62,000 nucleotides of DNA from Chiloscyllium plagiosum (Eukaryota), in the NCBI RefSeq assembly GCF_004010195.1, contig NC_057755.1, forward strand, positions 9,339,306 to 9,401,305. Direction: 5' to 3'. The position numbers were made by a program, and so were the translations under genes. Positions 13,613 to 26,951 of this stretch are shown here, in pieces. The notes under the pieces are model-generated. The model did not search any database, was not told the origin of the DNA, and saw only the letters and a list, made by a program, of their open reading frames with translations. How positions within the stretch are numbered: position 1 is the first letter of the stretch; each line of letters starts with the position of its first letter.

Positions 13613-14630
13613 GACGGTGGCGCACAGGGACAGAATATAAAAATGGAGTGAGATTTTATATCACTTTTGACTTAGTCCTATATGATACTAATATCGCTGA
13701 CTCATGCTGTGGAGGTGGATACATTGCCGAATATGGCATGCATTTATCAGTTTTGCTGAGGGGAAAATACTCAGATTCAGAAGTGTTTGGCACTTATCTC
13801 TGTATTGCTACCCATAATGCCATTAGGGGTAGGCAGGAAAATGTCTAACGATAACTTTCTGATCCATATCTTGCAATTGTTTCGTTCTCTGCGCTTCTTT
13901 TGCTACCCTTTATCTCTCTATAAAGATAAAGAACGGCGCAAACTACGATGGAAGTTGAACCGAGGTCCACCAGAACATTACTTGGGTGTTTGGTTAATAA
14001 TTTATCAATCGTGATATTGGGCCATCGCTTCCTTCTTAGAAAACCTGCTGATCTATTGTTATGTCTGCATGATTCATGCATTACCGTGGAGAAAGCAAAT
14101 ATAAATTAATGCGCCATACTCTTTTGGAATCACCACAATAATTGAAGTTTGGACGTCTTCAATGTTCTTGTCGAATCAATGTCCATGATTCCACTTAATC
14201 AGTTACATTGGAACTTCGGACAGTAATCTGAATTGAATTGTTCGTGTAATTCAGGGAATTGGATTTTGAGAGGCGTCCTGAGAGGCACAATAACAGAACA
14301 GCTTCTTTATCTTTACCACTTACTTCAGAAGCTGTAACAATACCCACGCACATAGCCAAGGAATGTACCATTCTGTGAGTTTTCAGATTTTGTGATTGTT
14401 ATCTTTCGATTTCCATTAACTGAGAAGTTTGTGCTCTGTGCATTCACTTATTCACAAAACATCACCATGACGTTTTCTCTCAACTGGAGAACATCATCAC
14501 TGTTCGTTCTCTGAATTTGGAAAATATGTGCTCTCTGAAGGCTAATGTAAAATTATTTGAAGAGGCATACAACAGCCCATTCGGTCCATACATTCGGTAG
14601 CTACTATGTTTCCAAACTAAACTCGCTCCA

Positions 14631-14952
14631 CTTAGAATCATAGAATCTGAGAATCCCAACAATGTGAAACAGGCGATTTGGTGGAGGAAGTGAACATTGA
14701 CCATCCGAAGAATATATCACCTAGATGCTTTCCCGACTTTATTACTTTACATTTCTCCTCACTCGTGCATCTAGCCTACACATCCCTGAACATTATGGAC
14801 AATTTAGCATGGCCAATTCACTTATCCTACATATATTTTTACTGTTTGAGGAAACTGGAGCACCCAGATGAAACCCATGCAGACAGGAGGAGAATGTGAA
14901 AAGTACACACAGCCAATCGCCCGAAGGAGCAACCAAACCCGGGTTTCTGGCT
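14631..14952 (-). mobile_element. V-SINE (HE1-like), decayed
   Basis: Reverse-complement V-domain (GGAAACTGGAGCACCC..GAAACCCATGCAGACAGG.GAGAATGTG) and AGAATC-type tail. Confidence 0.75.
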
Positions 14953-16275
14953 CTTGTCTGCACTTGACCCATATCCCTTCAAACATTTTAACTTCTTCAA
15001 AGAACAAATGCTTCAAGCATTTATTCTGGCAGTTCCTTCTGCATATGAACCATTCATGAACAACTCTGTGCATCAGTGAACCCGGGTTCCTGTGCACCCC
15101 CGGCCTCAGGATTTTGAGGATTGCGTCTTTTCCTGCAGATTTCCCTCTGTCACCTAATTACTCAGTGACAGTTGTGGCTGAAGCGAACTGGGCCAATTGC
15201 CTTGGAAGCTTATTACTCCCACTCGCTGTCACTCAGTGCTGCTTTTCTGGAAATTCTATTGACATGTTATAATTGAACATTATGAAAGGTAACTATCATC
15301 CATAACCGTTGAAATGCCTCTGCACCAGTCTATTTCGAGTAATTTGGAAAGCAATATATTATCAGCATTCTGTTTTGTTCTTCAACGCAAGTCTTTTGTT
15401 ATGAAATATTATTTAAAACTCTAATATGCATGCTAAATCTTTAATGACATTTCTCACTCAGCATCCAATATCAAATTTTAGCATAAAATGCATGGACTGC
15501 CTCATGTGCATGCGTCACGCCTTTATCTGTGTGGAGAACCCTACCCCATGGAGTATGGCAGGGAATTCTAATAAAGTGAATGCATGCCCCACCTGCCAAT
15601 CAAACGTCTTTGGTTTATTGGTGTAGAATCTTTCACGTGCAGGTCTTGATGATTTGAATGCGACAAAACAATCAAATAAATGCTTTATTTTGTTTGATAT
15701 AAGTAGGTCATTTAACATTTTTCGTGATACATAGGACATAACTGAATAATTGTCATTATTCTTTTAAGAAGTGGTCTGATTTCATTCTTTTATTCTTTCA
15801 AAGAATATGTACATGACTGGCCAGGCAAACAATTATGAATCATTCCAAATTGTCAAGATAGCAATTAAGTGTCTAACACATAGCTCTGTGTCTGGAGTCA
15901 CATGAAGCCAGACCAGCCACCGTGAGCATTTCCATTTCCTAAAAGATGTTAGAGGACGATGTGTTTTTATTTTCTGATGATCGATTATAGTATTCTGGTT
16001 TATATTTGTGAATACAAATTCCAGAATATTAATTGGCTGGATACGCACCAGGATACCCAGAAAATCCGACGAATTCATATTGGGGCAATAATGCTCAATT
16101 ATTGCTAGAATATGAATTCGTCCAATGTTTTGGGTACCAAGGTTGGAATCCAGCTATGGAATGCTATCAAACGCCTCTCGTCGTTAAACAAAAAGGAGAA
16201 AATAAATTTCAACAGAATTAGTTTGCTAGATATAAACTTTCTGAGGCAGTAGGAAGCATGGAGACAGTTTTTTTT

Positions 16276-17189
16276 TCACTTTTCCTTTCGATTAACCAAT
16301 ATCAGAAGATATGACCAAGGAAATGTCAACACTTCCTTCAACTCATGTCTGAATTTACTTTGTGTCGCTGCATAAATGCACACATTTGTGCATGAACTCA
16401 AATACATTAGCATGTAGCCAGCTTCAGTGGCAATGTAAGCTGGAGCTGCAAAATCGCCTCGATAATGTGAGATGTTTGTTATCCTAGTAGATAAAAAGCT
16501 GACAGCTGCTGTCAGCCAAAGAAGAATAAAACTGCTTGATATTGTGAAGAGTAGAATTATGGATTTCCTTCGACTCTCCACCTCTTCGTCTCTTTGACAC
16601 TCAATATTCCGACCTCTAATTGCCCTGCGAATTTTATTGGCGAATAAAATACGTCTAATGGTCAAACAATTGAATAAGAGCATCAAAGAAAATGGAATCC
16701 AAGGAACGAAAATACTGTGCAACCAGGAAAATGCAACACCTAGTGGTGAAGTGAAAAAAATCAGCTTGGTGCGACAACCCCACTGTAAATTATCAATGAT
16801 TTTCTCAGGTTCATATGCAAACAAAAACGGTATGCTCTCTAGGCATACCAAAGCAGTGATACTCATTAAAACTGCAGCCGCTGTCTTCACTGTGCAATAC
16901 TTTGTTTTCAGCCTCTCACAACATATAGCCACATATCTATCAAATGTGAACATTACAGTGAACCACACTGCCATTAACAAGCTGATTGAGTTCATGTATT
17001 TAAATAACATACAAACTCCAGTGTAGGAGAAGAAGGAATGCGTAAAGTGATAACCGAATACGTGATGTACAGTTACATTGAAGATCAAGATCATAAGAGC
17101 TGCTATTGCCATGGCCACCATGTAGGTGCAAGTACATTCAGACAGGCCGCAGTTTCTTCTGGAAAGAATTACCATTGTCATCAAGTTCG
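16276..17189 (-). CDS. Exon 2 of an intact GPR139-like class A GPCR (locus A; end of TM1 to C-terminus)
   Basis: Open frame with hydrophobic helices, NLMTMVILSRRNCGLS, WFTVMFTFDRYVAIC (DRY), ECL2 WGC and YLSSCTNVCIY. Acceptor TTCATTTGCAG|CG at 17190/17189 (phase 1); stop at 16276-16278. Confidence 0.92.
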
Positions 17190-17964
17190 CTGCAAATGAA
17201 ATGAACAATCGTTTTAAAGTGAGATCTCTTACAAAACCAAAATAATCTGAAAAAAATGATGATGTTAAATTGAAAGGTTTTGCCGCTGACACTTGTGTGC
17301 ATTGATATTTTTAATATCATATATGTCAAAGTGTTGGAACTTGCATTATAGAATAACAAAGCACTGAATACTCAAAACAGAGGGACTGAACTTTGACTTG
17401 TTTCCAGAATCGTCTAGTTAAGTGATTTAAACGATTACATGGATTAAAATGTTCAAGAGCAGTTGTTTTCTGAGTACATTGTGAACTGGAGACTGATGAT
17501 CTAATCATGAAGTCACAATGCAATCCAATTAATATACACAATGGCTATTACACTTTATTCAATTGGTAACTAAATGGACTTTTAAAATACCCAGTGCCAG
17601 CTGTCATGAGTAACTGAGTTCAGGTTCTGGTTTTAAATATCAAAGAAATGATTTGGCAAACTCTTAGAACAGTAATCATATGATAGCCACGCTAAAGAAT
17701 AAGCTGCACTATCTAAGACCTATGACTTTACTCGATCCTCTTCAAGTCTCACCACATCTCTCAGCCAAAGGTAGAAAGGCACATTAAAGCAGTTAAGCAA
17801 TAACTTATGAGGACAAATAGATATGATGGTCCACAGGATCACAGGCACATGGACCTCTATCCGGGTTTGTTTCTGATGACACTGGTGCTTGCAGCTCGGC
17901 TCGAAGAAATATAAATTTGAGTCCAAAACTGACGTTATATTCTCTGAGCTTTTAACATATCAAT

Positions 17965-18170
17965 CTTAAGAAGGCAAGTCGGAAGTGTTAGAAGCTGGTA
18001 AAATGCCTACATTTAAAAGATATCTGGATTGGTATATGAACAGGAAGCGTTTACTGGGATAGGGAACAATGCGTGCAAATGGGGAACGCTTAGTTTTGGA
18101 GATCTGGTCGGCATGGACGAGTTGGGATAGAAGGATTTTTTTCTGGTTTGTAATTCTCCATGATTGTCTA
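17965..18170 (+). mobile_element. CR1 3'-end fragment
   Basis: ACATTTAAAAGATATCTGGAT..TATATGAACAGGAAG...GGTCGGCATGGACGAGTTGG matches the 3' UTR of the CR1 at 12700-12900. Confidence 0.7.
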
Positions 18171-21100
18171 ACCATTAACCTCTGGCCTGACGATTTCCAC
18201 CACAGAGCCCAATAACAAGATGAAACTCTCATCTCTCCCTGCCAGACTGACCGTCTTTACACGTGACCACAGTTTTCATTCAACTTCTGCTTTCAGCTTG
18301 AGCGCACGTTTCATCTGCAGTCGATACATCAAAAGAACACTTCCCATAAAAATATATCATGCAAGTAACGTTCATATTTGGCCTCAACAACTAATAGAAC
18401 CTACTTTTTTTTTCTCTTCTCCTTTCAAATAAACGAATTGCTACTCAAATCGCAAAGGACACCTTTCAACTCTCATCTTGCAGTTCGTACCTTCAAACCA
18501 AAATAATAAAAACGAATAAAACGAGATAATGAAAAAATCAGCAAGGTTTCTAACAACAGTTTCTCACATAACAGTTGAAAGCTCTGAAATGTATTCATTC
18601 TGAAACGATAATAATTGTGAGATGACAAATGCTGAGCATTTACCTTCAGGATTTGTGCATTCGCACCCGTCATCAATTGTGCCTGAGAAGGATGGTGATC
18701 ACCTTCTTAATAAACATCTACCAGAATATATGAAAGAGAGCTTGTTTACTAACCACAACATGTCTGCATAAGGTCATTGCAAGTTTGAGGAACAAGACCT
18801 CATTTTCTGACCAAATTCTGTCCAAGCTACAAAAGAACATTGCATTTTGCTGAGGCACCTTACCGCATTCACGTCTCAACACTGATTTCAACAGATTCAG
18901 AGCATATCCTTTGTTTCTAATTTCTTCAATAGACATTAAGTATTCCACATCGACACAAAGATATGTGCAATTTGTGAAGTGTTTGTTTGTGAACTTCAAA
19001 ACTCTCATTCTCATGCCGATATTGCCATAATCTTGTCAGGACCATAGAATTCCGGTACTGTGGGACGTTATTCAGCCCATCATGTTGACACCGTTTCATT
19101 AGATGAGCCTCATTTTCCACTATAGCAGATAACCTTGTACCTTTCCTCACTCCCCACAAACTCCAACTCCAAAATGTATTTATTGCCATCGTTAAGGCCT
19201 CCATTGGAATTGCCTCCAAAATAATTTCAAGGAAAAGAAATGCTATGAGAACTCAGACACAAATGTTTTGTTCCTCATTTCATCCTTGCTTATTTCACAG
19301 GTCACTGTTAATCTCTGCACTCTTGTTCTTGTTTCGTTTAACAATGGGAACAATTTCTTCCCATCTACATTTTGAAGACCATTCCCGATTTTGAAAAGAA
19401 CTATCTGCTCACTAAAAACATTTTGCTCACTCATATTTTCACCAAGAAGAACAGTCTTAGCTTATTCAATCGTTTGTCATCACTGAAATTCCTCATCCCA
19501 GGCATCATTTCTGTCAATTGTTTCTTCGGTTTTCCCTCACGCCTTCACATGTTTCCCATTATGTGGAAAACATAACTGTGTACAATGTTAAACAAATGTT
19601 TTGCACAAGTTCGAACTTGAGTCATTAGTGATGCACTTTGTGTTCTTTTCATGAAGGTAGGAATTCTGCATACTTTATTTTTCATTGCTGAGAAGTCTTA
19701 TCACTTTCAATAATCTGTGCACATGTGCACCCAGATCGCTCTGCTCCTGCAATCTCTTTTGAGTTTAATGTCTCTCAAGACCTGGATAAATTGGCGTCTC
19801 TCCTTTCGGACCATTAGTACCAAAAAGCAGGAGACATTCAAATGGGACTCCCATTGCAGAATTCGTTCGCGCCAGCCATCAATTTATGTCCTTTGTTTGT
19901 GTCTTCAAACTTTTGAAAAAATTTTACATGTACTCACATGGTAACGGAGGAGACAATTACCAGACTGGGGTCATTGCGGTGAACCAGCTCTCAGATTGGA
20001 AGGCAGTGGTAGGGAGGAGAGTCCCTTTGTGGAAACCTTCACGAGGAATGAAATCTCAGACTCCAGAACTGCTAGGGTGTGGGGAGCGGTGTGTGGTTAA
20101 TTCCCGCCGTAGAGCAGTGTCATGGGGAATTGACTCTCCGAAAGGAGACTGAATCTGGGAGATGTTTCCCAAAATGCAGGGCTTTCACGGGGAGTCGAGT
20201 CACAGACTGCAGGACTGTCGCGGGGAACAGAGTGTTGGAGTTGGGACCCGTGCGGGGAAATGACTCTCGGACTGGAAGATTGTCATGGTGATCCGAATTC
20301 CGGAGTGGCAACTGGACTGAGATGCGACCTTTCGACTGGAGACAGAGTGTGAAGGTGACTACCTGACTGGACACTGGAGCCGGGAGACGTGTCCCTGTCA
20401 GGAAGTTGTCGTGGAAAGACACCAGGAAAGAAGAGCGCAGTGGGGATGTAATTCATTGACTGGAGACTGCAGCGGGGACATGAGTGCTAAATTGTAGGTC
20501 TCTCATGCAGAGGTGAGTCTCAGACTGGAATCGGTCATGATAAGGCGAGGTTCACAGTGGACTGGAGGAGAGCCCTCAAAGTTTGAAGACCAGCCTGGTC
20601 TGGAGACTTGTTCCAGTGCGGTCGGAAGCTTAAATATATCGAACATTGGGGTGTAATTCTGTTAATTGAGAACAATTTCTTTTTATGTTTGCTATTGCTT
20701 CGTGTCCTGGACATTTCTTTTGCTTTTTTTTTCAATTTTATTACATATCTTTACATGTCTATGCGCATGGAAACGAAGATATGCTGCAAATGGTGGCATT
20801 CCAAACGTTTCATTCAAGAGCACATGATAATAAAGAACATTCAAAACAGAGACACACTTGTGAGGCTGTACAATTCTCTAGTCAGGCCATATTTGGAAGA
20901 TTGTGAGCAGTTTGTTTCTGCAAGTCATAACAGCTGTTTTGGGCTTGGCCGGATCAACAGAAGGTATACAAAAATAATCCTGGGGATGAAGGTCTATCAA
21001 CTTTCCTTGTCATTTTCAAACTGTAAATCATCTAGTTATAATCGGCTATGCACTTAACATTCTTATTTGATCTTAGGTAACTTATGATACTCACTTCATC

Positions 21101-21810
21101 TGCTTCACTGGGTCACAAACCTAGTCCTTTTTGTTCTAAAAGCTGTTCCTTGGCTCAAATATACTCTGTAAGCATGTCTTCCAGTTATACTTTTTTTTAA
21201 GGGAGCTTGCTTATTGAGAACTGTTGCACATATTCAGCATATTGAAGTCGTCTTTGGATAGACTGAGTTCTGACAGGGTTATGTTTTATTCTGTTCTTCG
21301 TGTTTCATTGTGTAATTTTGTGAATAATTTTTGTCAACCTCACTAACTTAATCGAGGTTTAGTTACGGTACACTTACCGAAACAAATTGCGAAGTTATGG
21401 TCTGGGCTCCCTGTTTAAGATTATTTTGAGTGGCCTGGCCTTTTCCATAACAGACTGGGGCCTCCTTATGGAATTTTAAACAGGGAGTGGTAGGGGCCAG
21501 TGTCTTTATTTCGGGCGTTGTTTTGATTGTGTAGACCAAGCTTCGGATAGTAATGGCTCTTTAAGTCGCCAAAAGTTTTCTGGATGTGTATCCCGTGCCT
21601 TTGGAAGTTTTGCAAAAAATGAATAGGACAAAGCTGCAGGAATTAGCAGAGAAGCTGAAATTTGAACGAGCTGCTTTTTTGAGCAAAGGAGAGTTAATTG
21701 CAGCAACTCAGCATTTAAGCTTGTTGGAGAAACCATCCAGAATCTATAGAGATGGCAAGACTTAAATTGAAAATTAAGCAACTTGTGTTAGAGGCGATAC
21801 ATAACGCAAG

Positions 21811-22739
21811 TGTTCTGAAGAGTTGAGTGTATCTTTAGTAGGGTTAACAATCAGCATTACTGCCGGACATAAAAACCAAGTGTTCTCAATAACACAACAA
21901 TCTATGTAACAATAGGTCTAATACTCGAGTAGTTCATTGCCTGGAGACAAAAACAACTTCTAATTTGGCTAATCAACTTGACTTATACTTCTAAAAATGC
22001 CAATTTCCAATCAAGTTTCAAATTAGTATATTGAAAATATTTAAAAAAAATCAATGACACAATCCGATGCTCTGGGGTATAAGGTCAAAAGGAGATTGAA
22101 CCATGGAGAGGAGAAGTGCCAAGTCCTAGCATGTAACAGACCGCTTGAGAAATAAACTCTTTCAAGTACGTTTTTTTTCAATCAGCCTAAATTATACCCC
22201 CCAAAATACCAATTTCTAATCATATCTGAAATGACTATATTGAAAATCTTAAAAGGCACTGACGTGATCCAGTGCTCTGGGGTATAATGTTTGGAAAAAA
22301 ATGAACAGTTGAGAGAGAACTGCCATGTCCGAGCATGTAGTATACTGCTTGAAAAATATATCTCTCTGTCAAGTATTTTTTTTCAATCAGTAACCTGTAA
22401 ATCAGAAATTCTGAACAAGGAGAAAATAAGACACAGGAAAATCCGAAGACAAGAACTTACAGCTACCTGATTTTGAGATAAGAAGTGTTGTTTTATAAGT
22501 CTTAACTGGGAATTTTATCGGACTAGTGCGACAGAAGGGAAGGTAAGAAATAGAATAAAGAAATAAATTGCAAATGCTGGTTACTTAATTATTCTCTGTT
22601 ATACTTCAAGAAGTAAAGTTGTTAATTTTTACTTTGCATAGTTCTTGGTTACACAAAGATTTACAGGTTAAAGCACGGCATAAATATATTGATTTTGCTG
22701 GTTTAAATTAAGCAGGAGAATTTACCCCGTGTCGTAATA
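21811..22739 (+). mobile_element. Solo LTR (second family) inserted into gag of the Gmr1-type element
   Basis: Starts TGTTCTGAAGA and ends GTCGTAATA; homologous to the inverted copy at 26952-27649; gag reading resumes on both sides; near-TSD CAAG/AAAG. Confidence 0.75.
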
Positions 22740-23232
22740 AAAGGGCCAGCCGAAATGAAACCGTTTCAGTTACAACTAAAGTCAGAAGAGAGGGAAACGA
22801 GAGACCAGCAGAAGAGAGGGGAAAAAGAGAGAGCAGAGAAAGAAAAAGAGCGAGCTTTTTTCTTCAAAAACTGACGATCAAAAATGAAAGTCAGCTTAAA
22901 AGACTGGCGACCAAGGCTGAGGGTGGTCTTAGTGAAGAATACAGTGAGGATGAGCAAGACCTGGCAGTCAGAAGCCTTGTGCGAAACTGTTTAAGTATGT
23001 TCAAGCATTGCTTCAATTTGAGGAGATGGATATGGAGGCTTTTTTCATCTCATTTGAAAGGTGGATGAACATATATAGTGACGAGTTCTACTGTGTGTTC
23101 TGTTGATCCAAACGAAACTTGTAGGTAGGGATTGTGAGGTATTCACATCACTTTCAGAGGAGGTAACTGGGGAGAATGAGAAGGTGAAAAATGCTTCTCC
23201 CAGAAGCATTTAGGCAACACGTCACGAATCTA

Positions 23233-23732
23233 NNNNNNNNNNNNNNNNNNNNNNNNNNNNNNNNNNNNNNNNNNNNNNNNNNNNNNNNNNNNNNNNNNNN
23301 NNNNNNNNNNNNNNNNNNNNNNNNNNNNNNNNNNNNNNNNNNNNNNNNNNNNNNNNNNNNNNNNNNNNNNNNNNNNNNNNNNNNNNNNNNNNNNNNNNNN
23401 NNNNNNNNNNNNNNNNNNNNNNNNNNNNNNNNNNNNNNNNNNNNNNNNNNNNNNNNNNNNNNNNNNNNNNNNNNNNNNNNNNNNNNNNNNNNNNNNNNNN
23501 NNNNNNNNNNNNNNNNNNNNNNNNNNNNNNNNNNNNNNNNNNNNNNNNNNNNNNNNNNNNNNNNNNNNNNNNNNNNNNNNNNNNNNNNNNNNNNNNNNNN
23601 NNNNNNNNNNNNNNNNNNNNNNNNNNNNNNNNNNNNNNNNNNNNNNNNNNNNNNNNNNNNNNNNNNNNNNNNNNNNNNNNNNNNNNNNNNNNNNNNNNNN
23701 NNNNNNNNNNNNNNNNNNNNNNNNNNNNNNNN
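23233..23732. other. Assembly gap (500 N)
   Basis: Run of exactly 500 N, probably a fixed-size scaffold join. Confidence 0.99.
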
Positions 23733-26032
23733 TGTTCCCCGTAATATGTTCCCCTGTTTCTGTCTGCAAAAACTCTCAGCTCTGGAATGCAATTTGTACT
23801 TGCAAATTATATAGCTGATTCACTGGTAGGTGTGCTGCCTACCCTAGTTGAGAAGCGAGTGGCGACGCAGGCAACTGAAGACATGAAAAAAGTTTTTTTA
23901 TGTCCAGGAATTTTCACTGATTGTGTGATCACAACATCACAGAGACACAAGCTGAAGCAAGAGTGATCAAAGAGCAGAGATAAGGAAACTGATGTAGTGT
24001 TATCCGATACACTCTTTCATCAGACAAGTGGAACTGAAAAAAAGCTGATTGACTTAAAATAGAAAGATGAGAACTGAGAACAATATATCAAAAGGCATTT
24101 ACATCGAAGGAAACTGAATGCATTCCTCTGTGTTATTACTTAAAAATTGATGTCTTAATGAGGAAATGGAGACCATCACACTTCCAAGCAGATCAGAGGT
24201 GGGCGGAGATTCATCAAATTGTTTTGCCAGTAGGATAAAGAGAGAATTCCAGAGCAACCCCATTATGCAATATCACAGCAAAAAGGTTTGTGGAAGAATT
24301 ACGTTTTTTAACTAGATAAGGGGTTCCAGCAGAGATCCAGTCCGATCAGGAATCAAACTTCACATTGAACATATTCAAAGAAGTTATGGTTAACTTGGGA
24401 GTAAAGCAATTCAAGTCAACTGCCTCGCGCACAGAATCGTAGGGAGCACTAGAGAGATGGAATCCCACACTAAAGACCATGTTGCGGTCTTATGGTCAGG
24501 ATTATCTGGATGATTGTGATAATGGAGTTGCATTTGTACATTTCACGAAAAGCGATGCACCGAATGAGTCGATCTAATTCAGTACACTTTAATTAACTTT
24601 TGGGCATGAAGTAAGAGGAGCATTAAAACTCATTAAGGAGAAATTAATTAGTCAGAATTCAGATACACCCATTTGGATTATGTGTCAAATTTTAGAAAAC
24701 GATTAAATAGAGCTGAAGAGTTGACTATTTAAAAGTATTTAAAAGTATTGCACCATGCAATGGAACAGGAAGCAGATAAGAAATCTCAAATAAGGTATTG
24801 TTGTTACTTCCAGTAGTAGGTGTACTTTTAAAAGCCAGCTTTCGTGGATCTTATGAAATCGAGTGGAAATTGAATGAGGTGAACTATTTGATAAGGATTC
24901 CAGGCAGGAAGAAATCTCGCAGAATGTGACATGAGAATGTGCTCAAAATGTATTTTTATAGAGAAGGAAAGCAAGAGGAGAAGGTGGGAATGATTCAACC
25001 ACAGATGGAAGAGTTCAGAGTCCAAGTTCAGGAGATTCTGAGTTGGATATGTTCAAATCAAATTGGCCAATGAGGAAGTTGTCAAAAAGTTCGATATATT
25101 ATTGAGTTGCCTTCCACAATAAAATCGAAGTGACCTGATAGCGATACGACTATTACATAGGGAGATTTGTGGAAATAAACAGAAGTACTAACCTAATTGT
25201 GCATGACATAGAAATAGGAAATGCTGTTCCGATTAAGCAGCGTCCTTATAGGCTTAACCCTCTAAAGTTGGCACGCGTTCAGAAGGAGATAGAGCGCATG
25301 TTCCACGATGGCATAATCAAAGTGAGTTACAATGACTGGAGGTCACCCATGGCCATGGTACCAAAGCAAATTGGTACCCACTCGTTACGTGTGGACTATC
25401 GCAAAGTCAACGTCATTGCAAAGACTGATGTATATCCAATTCCACGGTTGGAGGACTGTGTCAAATCGTGGGATAATCAACTTACATTTTGATGTTGGAC
25501 ATGCTCAGAGGCTACTGGCAAGTACCTCTGTCAGAGAGAGCAAAGAAGAGCAAAGGTCAGAGAGAGCAAACGCCAAATGGGCTATGTCAGTTCAAAGTCG
25601 TGCCATTTAATATGAAAAACGCTCCAGCCATATTTCAGAGTCAGATTAGTAAAGTCATTGCCTGCTTACCCAACTGTGTGCTGTGTATTAATGACTTGGT
25701 GATATTTAGTCACTCATGGAAGGAACATTTACAGCATTTATCCGATGTGCTCGATCAACTTCAGAAGGCAGGATTGGTGGCAGATCTAGCTAAAAATGAA
25801 TTTTTCAATGCCCATGTCGCCTTCCTGGGCCATGTTATCAGACATGGACAAATGGCCACACTGGATGCAAAAATAAAATTAATTGAGGAATTTTCCACAC
25901 CGTTGACAAAAAATAGGCAGCACTACTGTTCCTGAGATTGACTGGATTTTACAGATAATTTGTATCGAACTTCAGCAGTTTGGCTCCTCCATTCACCGAA
26001 TTGTTATAAAAGGACAAGAAGCTTCAGTGGAC

Positions 26033-26202
26033 TTCAACAGTGAGATTTGTGGAAACTCTTTCTTTCCTTCCAACTTCAACCTGTTACCATGTGGTCCATT
26101 TGTACTAGTTTTTAAAGTTCAACAGTGAGATTTGTGGAAACTGTTTCTTTCCTTCTAACTTCAACCTGTTAGCATGTGGTCCATTTATACCAGTTTTTAA
26201 AA
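26033..26202 (+). repeat. 85-bp tandem duplication at the RT/3' LTR deletion junction
   Basis: TTCAACAGTGAGATTTGTGGAAACT... starts at both 26033 and 26118. Confidence 0.9.
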
Positions 26203-26951
26203 CTTATTGGCACTGTTGTGTGTATTCGGAGCAGCATTGTTAAGTCCAGTTTGGATAGACTGACTTCTGTTAAGGTTCCTTATTCCATTCTTCGTGTTTG
26301 TTTGCGTAATTTTGTGATTTTTTTGTCAATTTTAAAACTGTAGTCAACCTCACTAGCTTAATCCGGCTAACTTTTACTGGACACTTACGAAAAAATTGCA
26401 AATTTATGGTCTGTGCTGCCTACTTTACAATGCTTTGAGTCGTCTTGCCTCGTCCATAACAACTGGGCAAAACTCATGCTCAGACCTAATGAATAATTGG
26501 TGAGGCAAGACCATTACATCTTTTTTTCCCTCTATGTTCACTATCAACGCTAATTTTCATATTAGCTTTCTGAATCATAGTCTCAAATCATCCTCGCAAA
26601 TTCAAGATTTTTGAACATATCTCTTCGAGTCCCTTTGCTTTACATCCCAGAAAGACCATCTGATTTTGATTCCACGTCAATTCCAAGCTATTTAACTCAA
26701 AGCATATCTGTTAACCTATACCAGCAGAATATCTATTGATTTGGTGTGTGGTATTCTCAAATTCAACCTGGCAGTGAAGAAAGTTAAAAAAAAGAAAATG
26801 ATTAATTTGAAACAAAGACAGCCATGCTTTAAGAATGCTTTGTCATGGAATGCCTACGAAGTGCAAGTTGGGCGGATGTATCACTGCAGCGGGAATAGGA
26901 TACTCTGAGAGACTGATTAATAACTCAGATTTATCCTTGGCCACTTGCTAT

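Larger units (their letters stand above)
21130..26461 (+). mobile_element. Gmr1-type Ty3/Gypsy LTR retrotransposon, decayed (LTR, PBS, gag, gap, integrase, RT, deleted RNase H, LTR); antisense in the intron of GPCR A
   Basis: Similar LTR segments ending CCATAACA at 21452 and 26461; degenerate PBS TGGGGCCTCC; gag ATG at 21553; integrase GVPAEIQSDQESNF...GALERWNPTLKTML (24320-24490) precedes RT PIKQRPYRLNP, VDYRKVN, LDMLRGYWQVP, INDLVIFS (25170-25930). The true 5' LTR start is not resolved. Confidence 0.88.

Noticed and set aside
13740..14350. Plus-strand GPCR relic (VLLRGKYS..., YFRSCNNTH)
   Set aside because: Motif spacing is about 200 bp too short, there is no DRY region, and the DNA looks more like an old decayed SINE.
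17190..17292. N-terminal 34 aa of the 338-aa ORF as real protein
   Set aside because: It lies upstream of a canonical acceptor and is not TM1-like; a proper exon 1 exists at 28843-28912.
23154..23814. Long ORFs of 179-212 aa
   Set aside because: Artefacts of translating the 500-N gap.
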